Assembly (NCBI GenBank): GCA_039714495.1
Contig: JBDLJD010000003.1
Location: forward strand, 1-60,915
From: Thermodesulfobacteriota bacterium
GTDB taxonomy: Bacteria > Desulfobacterota > Desulfobacteria > Desulfobacterales > B30-G6
Length of the DNA: 60,915 nt
Direction of reading: 5' to 3'
Below, piece after piece: positions 46,450 through 55,393 of the stretch. Under the pieces are notes generated by a model that was given only the letters and a program-made list of their open reading frames with translations, had not been told where the DNA came from and did no database searches. The position numbers and the translations under genes are program-made. Each line of letters starts with the position of its first letter. The stretch's first letter is position 1.

Positions 46450-48030
46450 ATGAAATTTTTTTCCAGACGCTACTTTAAAATATTCATTGTGTATGTCGGG
46501 ATTATATTTTCACTTTCACTTGTCCAATGGGTGGGAACCGGGGCTTTTCTCAAATCAACTTTAGCTGAATCTTCAGATATTACCATCGGTTTCTACAAAG
46601 ACAATCCTGGCATCGGAAAAGCAATTGAAGTCCAAAACAGGTATAAGGCACAATTGATAGGTATTCCAGGTGTTGTGGGGATTGGTACCGGAATCGGCCC
46701 AAACGGTCACGCAGTTATAAGAGTATTTACACGCAGGACCGGTTTGCCTGGAATCCCTGAAAAACTTGATGATATGCCCGTGCATGTAAAGGTAACAGGG
46801 GACTTTATCGCTTTGGATGATCCTGCTGCGAGATTTGATAGACCTGTTCCCATAGGTGTCTCAACTGGTCATCCTGACATTACCGCCGGAACACTTGGTG
46901 CCCGCGTAATAGATGGAGACGGCGATGTTTACGCATTAAGCAACAACCATGTTTATGCTAACATCAATAGCGCAAGTTTGGGTGATCCTGCACTTCAGCC
47001 AGGTTCATATGATGATGGTGTTTATCCTGATGACCAAATAGGAGAACTTTGCGGTTTTAATCCGATTGATTTCTCTGTTTTTGGCTCCAATACAATGGAT
47101 GCTGCGATTGCATGTACCACCCCCAACGAGGTGGGAAATGCGACCTTGATGGGGGGGTATGGGATGCCCAGCTCCCAAATATTTAATGATTCTGATCCTG
47201 TTGACGGGGTTTTTGACAATTTGAATACGCTGCTACTGCAACCGGTTCAGAAATTCGGGAGAACGACCGGCCTAACACATGGTGAAATCACAGAAATTAA
47301 CGTAACGACTATGGTCTGCTACGCATATTGTGATAATATATTGTTCGCCGAATATGCATGGTTTGACGACCAGATTGCAATCAGCAGCGTTACCAGCGAT
47401 GCTTTTAGCTTGGGGGGTGACTCAGGCTCTCTGGTTGTAACTGATGACAGCTATAATAATCCTGTCGGTTTATTATTCGCTGGCAGTTCGACGACCACAC
47501 TGGCGAATCGAATTGACTTGGTACTCAATCAGTTCGAAGTGAGTATAGACGGCTCACAGCCAACTGTACCTGGTGATGAAATATGCAATAACGGCACTGA
47601 TGATGATTCAGATGATTTAATTGACTGCGAAGATTCGGATTGTTTTGAGGATCCTGCTTGCTTAAATACCGAGTCTGGGAATTTGTGCTTTGATAAAGAA
47701 GACAATGATCAAGATCTCGCAATAGACTGTTATGACACTGACTGCAAAGATGAATGTGCAACTGAATACTGTTTTAAGGGGATAGCAGATGAGAATTGTA
47801 ATCCCCAAAAAGACGGTCCATTATGTCCTGATTGTTTAGGCACCACTCAACCCGATACTGAAATAGAATGCGGTAACAATATTGATGATGACGCCGATGA
47901 TTTAACTGATTGCGATGATCCCGACTGTTTTAGTAGTCCAAATTGTGATGATTGCCAGCCGAAAGGTTCTTTCTGCGACATGGATGGAGATTGTTGTTCT
48001 GGAAAGTGCCGAGGGGGAAAATGTAGATAA
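46450..48030 (+). CDS. Secreted S1 (chymotrypsin-fold) serine protease with a Cys-rich acidic C-terminal extension
   Basis: Signal/TM segment FKIFIVYVGIIFSLSL. Candidate catalytic triad: LSNNHVYAN (His), NTMDAAIA (Asp) and GGDSGSLVV (Ser). From 47584 there are three C..DDD.DD..DC.D.DC repeats and a terminal six-Cys motif. Confidence 0.8.
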   Translation: MKFFSRRYFKIFIVYVGIIFSLSLVQWVGTGAFLKSTLAESSDITIGFYKDNPGIGKAIEVQNRYKAQLIGIPGVVGIGTGIGPNGHAVIRVFTRRTGLPGIPEKLDDMPVHVKVTGDFIALDDPAARFDRPVPIGVSTGHPDITAGTLGARVIDGDGDVYALSNNHVYANINSASLGDPALQPGSYDDGVYPDDQIGELCGFNPIDFSVFGSNTMDAAIACTTPNEVGNATLMGGYGMPSSQIFNDSDPVDGVFDNLNTLLLQPVQKFGRTTGLTHGEITEINVTTMVCYAYCDNILFAEYAWFDDQIAISSVTSDAFSLGGDSGSLVVTDDSYNNPVGLLFAGSSTTTLANRIDLVLNQFEVSIDGSQPTVPGDEICNNGTDDDSDDLIDCEDSDCFEDPACLNTESGNLCFDKEDNDQDLAIDCYDTDCKDECATEYCFKGIADENCNPQKDGPLCPDCLGTTQPDTEIECGNNIDDDADDLTDCDDPDCFSSPNCDDCQPKGSFCDMDGDCCSGKCRGGKCR

Positions 48031-48093
48031 TACGATTGTGCAATGTCCGTAACAAGATAATTAATTTATGAAAATAACAGCAGGGTCAGAAAT

Positions 48094-48279
48094 CAAGCCG
48101 TTCGCTTAAAGTGTTGAAAACTCCTTAACACCTGCTATTTTATCGTGTAATATTAGGAATTTTCATGCAATAAAGCCTTTACACGTTGTGAAAGATTTCT
48201 TCCAGAAAGAAAAGGACCGCTGACACCCATTCTGCGGTCCTTTTTTTACTTTACTTCAACACTTTAAGCGAACGGCTTG
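48094..48279. mobile_element. MITE-like element: perfect 25-bp terminal inverted repeats flanked by a 10-bp direct duplication
   Basis: TIR-L is CAAGCCGTTCGCTTAAAGTGTTGAA (48094-48118). TIR-R (48255-48279) is its exact reverse complement. The flanking GGTCAGAAAT occurs at 48084-48093 and 48280-48289. There is no ORF inside. Confidence 0.7.
48211..48247 (+). terminator. Rho-independent terminator carried inside the MITE
   Basis: AAAGGACCGC (48211-48220) pairs with GCGGTCCTTT (48234-48243) and runs into a T-tract. It lies ~180 nt after the protease stop codon. Confidence 0.65.
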
Positions 48280-48353
48280 GGTCAGAAATGGCCCTGCTTT
48301 CTTTGTTGGTCGAGTTGCGATGGCTCCAACTAATCGTTATTCCACGAAAATTA

Positions 48354-48587
48354 CTGATACCATATATGCTATCAGCACCGGCCATCGATAACCGGGCAGT
48401 TGCTTTTTTGTACTATCAATCCTTGCCCGATGAGGAATGCTTCAATCTAGAATTTACAGAGAAATCTCCTTACTTCGACCAACGTAGAAATATAGTTGAT
48501 TACATCAATACCGGCAGAACCCCTTAGGTGTTGATTGTGTAACAAAGCATAATATATACGTGATTTCAAAAAGTTATCATAATCATG
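48354..48587 (+). repeat. Direct repeat DR2 (paralogue of 43452-43683)
   Basis: See DR1. By eye, roughly three quarters of positions are identical over ~235 nt, in the same orientation. Confidence 0.65.
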
Positions 48588-48794
48588 GTGAAATGATAAG
48601 AAAGCCAGGATTTTTAAATTGTGGTAAATTCAATCGTTAATCAAAAGGTCCTTAAACCAGCAGTCAGCCTGCCTATTCGGTCATAAGTCTGGACAACTGG
48701 ATGCATACTTGCCGTTGATCGTCTTCCTTTCCGATATTGAATCTGAACACATTTCTGACAACCGATATAGAAAAAATGCACGACAATTTTTTTC

Positions 48795-48868
48795 TTGACA
48801 TATCCTATAAAAATGGTAGGAAAGAATCCTATTGAATTAGTAGGGTTATATCCTACTAAAAAATAGGA
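48795..48868 (+). promoter_or_regulatory. Candidate hmc promoter/operator region with three tandem TCCTA-N8/9-TAGGA palindromes
   Basis: TTGACA lies at 48795-48800. The palindromes are TCCTA(48803)-N9-TAGGA(48821), TCCTA(48827)-N9-TAGGG(48845) and TCCTA(48851)-N8-TAGGA(48868). The region is ~125 nt upstream of hmcA. Confidence 0.4.
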
Positions 48869-48992
48869 CATAAGCCCTGCTGACGCCTGTGCCGCACGAT
48901 CATGTTTAGACTGCAGCCATAAACCAGGGTGCTTCTGCTCCCCGCACCCTGTTCAGCTGCCGGAAACCTGTTAGACTCCAGAGGATAAAACC

Positions 48993-50606
48993 ATGGCAAA
49001 GAGAGCTACCCGTCAATGGCGAATCAATGCAGTTTTGGCCATTATTCTGATGATACTCCTGTGCGGTGTGTCCAGCGTCTTCAGCAGCACTGCCACCGAT
49101 TCCCGGGCGCTGGATGTCGTTTACATCGATCTGCCCCATGTCCCGGGCAACGATAAAATGCCGGGGGTGCCCTTTCCGCACGACCGACACACCCGGGCTC
49201 GGGAAAATAGCAAGGACTGTAGCGCCTGCCATCTTCAGCAGAAAGAGCGTTTTGTCTTCAGGTTCAAAAGGCTGATCGACGGCACGCCTGATGCGGACAT
49301 GGCCGTGTATCACGAGAATTGTGTTGCCTGCCACGCAGAAACCAAAAGCGCCGGTAAGACGTCAGGTCCCCTGGACGGCGACTGCCGCTCCTGCCACACG
49401 ACCGTTTCCGGCGATGCACCGGCCTGGCAACCGATCCGCTTTGACAAGTCCCTGCACTTTCGCCACGTATCGTCCAAAGCCATACGGCCGGGCAACATGT
49501 ACGATGACACCAACTGCAGCGCCTGCCACCATATTTATGATGAGACAATCCAGAAAACTGTCCGCAAAAACGGTACGGAGGAGAGCTGCTTTTACTGCCA
49601 TAAACCCCAAAAGACGGAAAGGTCGCCGTCCATCCGCTGGGCATCGCATGCCTCCTGCGTCAGCTGCCATCAGAGCCTCAAAACCCGCGTCCGGAAAACC
49701 GGGCCCGTGGAGTGTGCCGGGTGCCACGATGCGGCGGTCCAGCAGCAGATCGAGGTGGTAGAAAATATTCCGCGCCTGGAACGCAAGCAGCCCGACACTG
49801 TGCTTTTAGCCAGTTGGATGTCTGCAGACGGCGGTTCTGCGGAAGCCATGAAAAAGGTTATGCAGCCGGTGGCGTTCAATCATGTAGTGCATGAATTTAA
49901 GGCCGACAGCTGCCGGGCTTGTCACCACCAGACCCTGAAAAATTGTGCCCAATGCCACACGGAAACCGGGGATGAAAAAGGCGGCGGGGTGCAGCTGGCC
50001 CGGGCCATGCACAACAGCGTATCAACACACAGCTGCATTGGATGCCACAGGCAGGTAACAATGACGAAAGATTGTGCCGGCTGCCATGCAGCCATGCCCC
50101 AGAAACGGTTTTCTCAGCTTGCCTGCGCCCAATGTCATGCCGTGGACCGTGAAGCCATGGGCCCCTTTCCCATGGCGGCGGAAGAGCGCACGGCTGTGGC
50201 AGAGAACAACCTCAATTCACGCCAGAGAGCCTTCATGACCCTTGCGGATGAGCACATACCTGAAATCGTAAAAATCGACGGCATGAAGGACAAATATGAG
50301 GCCGTGGATTTTCCCCACCGGCAGATTGTGCGGGCTATTTTTACCAGAATTAAAGAAAACAAGATGGCGGCCTATTTTCACGGCAACGATGTCACCCTGT
50401 GCGCCGGTTGCCACCACAACGCCCCGGCCACGCTCAATCCGGCAAGGTGTGCCGCGTGCCATGGAAAGGCTTTTACCAATGATGAGGATGGACGGCCGGG
50501 ACTCAAGGGGGCCTACCACGGTCAGTGCATGGCCTGCCATGAGGCGATGGGCATTGAAGAACCGGCATCCACTGATTGCATCAAATGCCATAAAGAGAAA
50601 GGATGA
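48993..50606 (+). CDS. hmcA: 16-haem high-molecular-weight cytochrome c
   Basis: Signal peptide, and I count 16 CxxCH motifs in 537 aa. It is the first gene of an Hmc-type six-gene set. Confidence 0.9.
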   Translation: MAKRATRQWRINAVLAIILMILLCGVSSVFSSTATDSRALDVVYIDLPHVPGNDKMPGVPFPHDRHTRARENSKDCSACHLQQKERFVFRFKRLIDGTPDADMAVYHENCVACHAETKSAGKTSGPLDGDCRSCHTTVSGDAPAWQPIRFDKSLHFRHVSSKAIRPGNMYDDTNCSACHHIYDETIQKTVRKNGTEESCFYCHKPQKTERSPSIRWASHASCVSCHQSLKTRVRKTGPVECAGCHDAAVQQQIEVVENIPRLERKQPDTVLLASWMSADGGSAEAMKKVMQPVAFNHVVHEFKADSCRACHHQTLKNCAQCHTETGDEKGGGVQLARAMHNSVSTHSCIGCHRQVTMTKDCAGCHAAMPQKRFSQLACAQCHAVDREAMGPFPMAAEERTAVAENNLNSRQRAFMTLADEHIPEIVKIDGMKDKYEAVDFPHRQIVRAIFTRIKENKMAAYFHGNDVTLCAGCHHNAPATLNPARCAACHGKAFTNDEDGRPGLKGAYHGQCMACHEAMGIEEPASTDCIKCHKEKG

Positions 50607-50619
50607 TTGAGGTAAAGTT

Positions 50620-51720
50620 ATGGGTATAACCCGAAGAAAATTCCTCGGCTGGGTCGGTGCAGCGACAGGAACATCCGTGATGATGGGTAAAAATGCCTCG
50701 GCCGTTTCCAACAAACACTTTGAGGGCTACCCAGGAAGCTTTGGCGTGCTGCATGATACCACCCGGTGCATCGGCTGCCGAAAATGCGAGCAGGCCTGCA
50801 ATACCGTCAATGCGTTGCCCGCTCCGGAAATAGCTTTTGACGACCTGGGCGTGCTGGAGAAGAACCGGCGCACGAGCGATGATGCCTACACGGTGGTTAA
50901 CCATTTCGAAACCGGCCAGGGCACCTTGCCGACGTTTGTCAAGATCCAGTGCAACCACTGCCTGGAGCCTGCCTGCGCATCTGCCTGCTTTGTCAAAGCG
51001 TTCAGAAAGGACAAAACAGGCGCGGTGACGTATGACGAGTCTCTTTGCGTGGGATGCCGGTACTGCATGGTCGCCTGTCCTTTCAACATTCCGGCCTATG
51101 AGTACGACGAGGCGATAACCCCCCGGGTGATGAAGTGCACCCTCTGTAAACCCCGCATTGAAAAAGGCCAGTTGCCGGGGTGTGTGGAAATCTGTCCCAA
51201 GGAAGCCCTGACATTCGGTACGCGCACGCAGCTCATCAAGGAGGCGCGGCGCAGGATCGACCGTTTTCCGGGCCGCTATGTGGACCATGTTTACGGTGAG
51301 AAAGAAATGGGGGGCACGTCGTGGCTCTACCTTAGCGGACAAGCGTTCAACGAAATAGGCCTGCGGGAAGATTTGGGGGTTACACCGGCCCCCAGCCTGA
51401 CCGCCGGTCCTTTGTCGGCGGTTCCCATTATCGTGGGGCTGTGGCCGGTACTGTTGACGGGCATTTGGGCCATATCCAGGCGCAAGGACCAGATCGCCGA
51501 CCAGGAACGCATTTCAGCCGTGGCGGCAACAACGGCTGACGCCAATGAGGAGATGCAGGTCAAGCTGGCGGAGCTGAAGGACAAGCTGAACAAGGAAAAA
51601 GAGGCGGCCATCAATCTGGAGGTCAAGAAAGCGCTGGAGGAAGCGGCAAAGCAGGCAGAGGCGGAAAAAGCGCCGGCAGAAGATGAAGATGCTGCTGAAG
51701 CGCCCAAGGAGGAAAAATAA
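50620..51720 (+). CDS. hmcB: Hmc complex iron-sulfur subunit (4Fe-4S, Tat signal, C-terminal TM anchor)
   Basis: [13 protein letters not shown] Tat motif. Ferredoxin-type clusters [36 protein letters not shown] and CTLCKPR..CVEICP. There is one TM segment and a K/E/A-rich tail. Confidence 0.88.
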   Translation: MGITRRKFLGWVGAATGTSVMMGKNASAVSNKHFEGYPGSFGVLHDTTRCIGCRKCEQACNTVNALPAPEIAFDDLGVLEKNRRTSDDAYTVVNHFETGQGTLPTFVKIQCNHCLEPACASACFVKAFRKDKTGAVTYDESLCVGCRYCMVACPFNIPAYEYDEAITPRVMKCTLCKPRIEKGQLPGCVEICPKEALTFGTRTQLIKEARRRIDRFPGRYVDHVYGEKEMGGTSWLYLSGQAFNEIGLREDLGVTPAPSLTAGPLSAVPIIVGLWPVLLTGIWAISRRKDQIADQERISAVAATTADANEEMQVKLAELKDKLNKEKEAAINLEVKKALEEAAKQAEAEKAPAEDEDAAEAPKEEK

Positions 51721-52893
51721 ATGTCAGACGATACGACCCGTGCTGATACCAGGATATTAACCCCATTCAACGTGATTGCCGGCAGTATCATTCTCGTGGG
51801 CCTGGTATTGACCGTACTGCGCTTCACCAAGGGGATCGGAGCGGTAACCAACCTCGATGACAACAATCCCTGGGGGTTGTGGATCGGCTTTGACCTTCTG
51901 TGCGGTGTGGCCCTGGCAGCAGGCGGGTATGTCACGTCCGCCACCTGCTACATTTTCGGCCTCAAACGCTTTCATTCCGCGGTTAGGCCGGCGATTCTGA
52001 CCGCTTTCCTGGGGTATGCCCTGGTGGTTTTTGCGCTCAACTTCGATGTGGGCCGTCCCTGGCGCCTGCCCTACCCGATTTTCTTTTCCCCGGGGACCAC
52101 GTCCCTGCTCTATGAAGTGGGCTTGTGCGTGTTCCTTTATCTCATGGTCCTGCTCATCGAATACAGTCCGGCCGCCCTGGAGTGGCTGGGTTTCAGGAAA
52201 ATAAGAAATATTATTGTGCGTCTGACCCTGGTGCTGACCATTTTCGGCGTTGTTCTATCCACGCTGCACCAGTCCTCGCTGGGGGCCTTGTTCATGATCG
52301 CACCGTCCAAGCTCCACCCCCTGTGGTATTCGGGATACCTGCCCGTGTACTTTTTTGTTTCCAGCATTTTTGCCGGCATGTCCATGGTGATTTTCGAAGG
52401 CTCCCTGGCGCACCGTTATCTGCACCATAAGATGGATGAAACCCATCTGGCAGAAAGCGAAGGGGTTGCCCTGGGGTTTGCCAAGGCTGCCGCTTTCGTG
52501 ATGATGGGATATGTGGGCATCAAAGTGATCGGTCTGGCCATCGACAACAACTGGCACTACCTGGCCACCGGGTGGGGGGCCTGGTTCCTGGTGGAACTGA
52601 TCGGCTTCGTGGCCTTGCCGGCCTTTGCCTACGCTTTGGCCGCCAGGGAGCGCAACCTGCGCCTGGCAAGGTGGGCGGCGATCTGGTCGGTGTTGGGGCT
52701 GGTCCTCAACCGTTTGAATATTTCCCTGGTGGCATTCAACTGGCACCTGCCGTCGGCAGAGCGCTATTTCCCCAGCTGGATGGAGATTGCCATTTCCGTG
52801 TTCATCGTCACCGTCGGCATCGTGGTTTACCGTTTCATCTCCACCCACATGCCGATTTTGTACGAGCATCCGGATTACCGCCATGAGCATTGA
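51721..52893 (+). CDS. hmcC: Hmc complex integral membrane subunit (NrfD/PsrC family)
   Basis: 390 aa with ~10 TM segments. The ATG directly abuts the hmcB stop codon. Confidence 0.88.
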   Translation: MSDDTTRADTRILTPFNVIAGSIILVGLVLTVLRFTKGIGAVTNLDDNNPWGLWIGFDLLCGVALAAGGYVTSATCYIFGLKRFHSAVRPAILTAFLGYALVVFALNFDVGRPWRLPYPIFFSPGTTSLLYEVGLCVFLYLMVLLIEYSPAALEWLGFRKIRNIIVRLTLVLTIFGVVLSTLHQSSLGALFMIAPSKLHPLWYSGYLPVYFFVSSIFAGMSMVIFEGSLAHRYLHHKMDETHLAESEGVALGFAKAAAFVMMGYVGIKVIGLAIDNNWHYLATGWGAWFLVELIGFVALPAFAYALAARERNLRLARWAAIWSVLGLVLNRLNISLVAFNWHLPSAERYFPSWMEIAISVFIVTVGIVVYRFISTHMPILYEHPDYRHEH

Positions 52894-52916
52894 TAGCCAA
52901 AGTTGAGGAGATTAGA

Positions 52917-53060
52917 ATGGATAGCATTTATTATACCCTGCAGGATTTCATGCTGCATTCAAAAAACATCACCTACATCGTGATGGGTATCGTGCTGATC
53001 GCCCTTCCGCTTTTCTGGCGATTTCTGTCGGGCAGGGACGAGAAAAAAAGGACATATTGA
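52917..53060 (+). CDS. hmcD: Small single-TM membrane protein at the HmcD position
   Basis: 47-aa ORF absent from the supplied track: MDSIYYTLQDFMLHSKNITYIVMGIVLIALPLFWRFLSGRDEKKRTY. GAGGAG lies 7 nt upstream. It sits between the hmcC and hmcE homologues. Confidence 0.6.
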   Translation: MDSIYYTLQDFMLHSKNITYIVMGIVLIALPLFWRFLSGRDEKKRTY

Positions 53061-53077
53061 TATAAACGGAGGATTTC

Positions 53078-53755
53078 ATGTACGGATTCATAACCGGCCC
53101 CCTGTTTTGGCTTTCCATTGCCATATTCGTCACTGGCATGGCCGTGCGTTTTGTGATGTATTTCAAAGGCCTTCACTGGCAGCTGGACCGTGTTGCCTAC
53201 AGGGCCTTTCCCCTGCAGGGGCTGAAAGGGGCCTGGCGGTCTATCTACCGGTGGCTGCTGCCTTTTGGCACCCACAGCTGGCGTAAACAGCCTTTTATGA
53301 CAGTCATATTCTTCGGGTTCCATATCGGTGCTGTCCTGGTGCCTCTTTTTCTGCTGGCGCACAATGTATTTTTAAAGGAGAAGATCGGTTTTTCCCTGGT
53401 CACTCTGAATCCGGCCGTGGCCGATATCCTGACCTGGGCGGTGGTGGTCAGTGCTGTTTTACTGGCCTTGCGGCGGGTAGCCCTGCCCGAAGTCAGAATT
53501 CTGACAACACCATACGACTACTTTATCCTGCTGCTGTCGGTGGCGCCTTTTGTAACCGGTCTCCTGGCCCGGTACGAGGCAGGCAGCTACTCTTTTTGGC
53601 TGGTTCTGCACATTCTTTGTGGGGAAACTCTGCTCATCATGGCGCCCTTTACCAAGCTGTCGCACATTGTTCTGTTCTTTGCTTCCAGGGCGCAGCTGGG
53701 CATGGACTACGGCATCAAGCGGGGGGGGATGAAGAATAAAGGGATGGCCTGGTAA
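53078..53755 (+). CDS. hmcE: Hmc complex membrane cytochrome-b-like subunit (NarI/DsrM/HdrE family)
   Basis: 225 aa, ~5 TM segments, with conserved His in TM segments (FGFHIGAVLVP, LHILCGE, KLSHIV). Confidence 0.85.
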   Translation: MYGFITGPLFWLSIAIFVTGMAVRFVMYFKGLHWQLDRVAYRAFPLQGLKGAWRSIYRWLLPFGTHSWRKQPFMTVIFFGFHIGAVLVPLFLLAHNVFLKEKIGFSLVTLNPAVADILTWAVVVSAVLLALRRVALPEVRILTTPYDYFILLLSVAPFVTGLLARYEAGSYSFWLVLHILCGETLLIMAPFTKLSHIVLFFASRAQLGMDYGIKRGGMKNKGMAW

Positions 53756-53964
53756 ACTTGAATCGTGCATGAAATTTAGTGAGAAACAATTTTAAAAATT
53801 AATACAGAGAAATGTTATGCAAATTTTGAAAAGGAAGGGTGTCTTTTTCTCACCGAAGCGTCAGCGCTATCCAGAAAGCGATTAGCTGAAGGCCCTGGAT
53901 CCCTGCCTGCGCAGGGATGACGATCAAAACACCCCGATGGCTCAATTAATTAAAGAGGTAACAT

Positions 53965-55353
53965 ATGCCAGAAGGAACACTCTGCAACAGGCAGCCCATC
54001 GATACCGAAGAAGCCCTGAAGACGCTTTTGGGCGATACCGGCGGGAAAACCTACTACGGTGAGATGAAGTCGCTGGATGTCGACACCGATCTCCTGTGGA
54101 CCACCATCCAGAACACCCTGAAATCCAGGATGAAGACCTGGCTTGAAATTTGTGCCCACTGTGGAATGTGTGCCGACAGCTGCTTTCTATACCTGATCAA
54201 CAATCGTGATCCCAAACAGGTGCCGGCGTACAAAATTCAGTCGACCCTGGGGGAACTCGTCAAACGGCAGGGGAAGGTGGACAACGACTTCATGCACATG
54301 GCCATGGAAACCGCCTGGGCCAAGTGCACCTGCTGTAATCGCTGCGGGATGTACTGCCCCCACGGCATCGATATGGGGATCATGTTCGGCTATCTTCGCG
54401 GACTGCTTTACCAGCAGGGTTTCGTACCCTGGGAACTGAAGATCGGGGCAGGCATGCACCGGGTTTACCGGGCCCAGATGGATGTTACCGACGAGGATTT
54501 TGTGGAGACCTTCGAGTGGATGGTCGAGGAGTACGAGGAGGACTATCCCGGGCTGGAGGTTCCGGTGGACGTGGAGGGCGCTGACATCATGTATACGGTC
54601 AATGCCCGGGAGGTGAAGCACTACCCCGAAGATCTGGCCGAGGCGGCCATCCTCTTCCACCTGGCCGGTGAGAGCTGGACTGTGCCCTCCCAGGGCTGGG
54701 AACAGACCAGTCTGGCCATGTTTGCCGGTGACTGGGCGGCCTGTAAAATGCAGGTGGAGAGCGTGTATGCCGCCATGGAGCGCCTCCAACCAAAACGGAT
54801 GGTGGGGACGGAGTGTGGGCACGCCCACCGCGCCACGGTTATTGAAGGGCCCTATTGGGCGGGCAGGAGCACCGGACAACCGCCTGTTGAATCGATCCAC
54901 TACGTCGAGTGGCTGGCTGAGGCGCTGCGCGAAGGTAAACTCAAGATAGACCCGGCCAAGCGCATCAAGCGTCCGGTGACATTGCAGGATTCCTGCAACT
55001 ATGTACGCAACCACGGCTTGAAAGAAATCACCCGGGAAATCATGAGCTATATCGTTGAGCCGGGGTTTTTCAGGGATATGGCGCCCAACCGGGAGCACAA
55101 CTATTGTTGCGGCGGTGGCGGTGGGTTCAACGGGATAGGCGTTTTCAGGGCCCAGCGCAACCAGGCCCTGATTACCAAGCGAGACCAGATTCTCAACACC
55201 GGCGCGGGCCTGGTGATCGCTCCCTGCCACAACTGCTGGGATGCCATACGGGATCTCGAGGAGGAGTATAAAATCGGTATCGAGTGGTCATTTTTAAAAC
55301 CGCTCGTTATCAGCATGGTCGAAATACCTGAGCATTTGCAACTCAAAGAATAG
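53965..55353 (+). CDS. hmcF: Hmc complex cytoplasmic Fe-S subunit (HdrD/DsrK-like, CCG domain)
   Basis: [11 protein letters not shown] and [12 protein letters not shown] cluster motifs, plus CCGGGGGF and PCHNC CCG-domain motifs. Confidence 0.9.
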   Translation: MPEGTLCNRQPIDTEEALKTLLGDTGGKTYYGEMKSLDVDTDLLWTTIQNTLKSRMKTWLEICAHCGMCADSCFLYLINNRDPKQVPAYKIQSTLGELVKRQGKVDNDFMHMAMETAWAKCTCCNRCGMYCPHGIDMGIMFGYLRGLLYQQGFVPWELKIGAGMHRVYRAQMDVTDEDFVETFEWMVEEYEEDYPGLEVPVDVEGADIMYTVNAREVKHYPEDLAEAAILFHLAGESWTVPSQGWEQTSLAMFAGDWAACKMQVESVYAAMERLQPKRMVGTECGHAHRATVIEGPYWAGRSTGQPPVESIHYVEWLAEALREGKLKIDPAKRIKRPVTLQDSCNYVRNHGLKEITREIMSYIVEPGFFRDMAPNREHNYCCGGGGGFNGIGVFRAQRNQALITKRDQILNTGAGLVIAPCHNCWDAIRDLEEEYKIGIEWSFLKPLVISMVEIPEHLQLKE

Positions 55354-55393
55354 GGTGCGGATCGGCACACCGCAACCGTAAACGAGGTGACCT

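Noticed and set aside
43452-48587. The two ~235-nt direct repeats as a template/variable repeat pair of a diversity-generating retroelement
   Set aside because: Differences between the copies are not restricted to adenine positions. Neither copy lies at the 3' end of a target gene. The only RT sequence in the window is a dead intron fragment 16 kb away.
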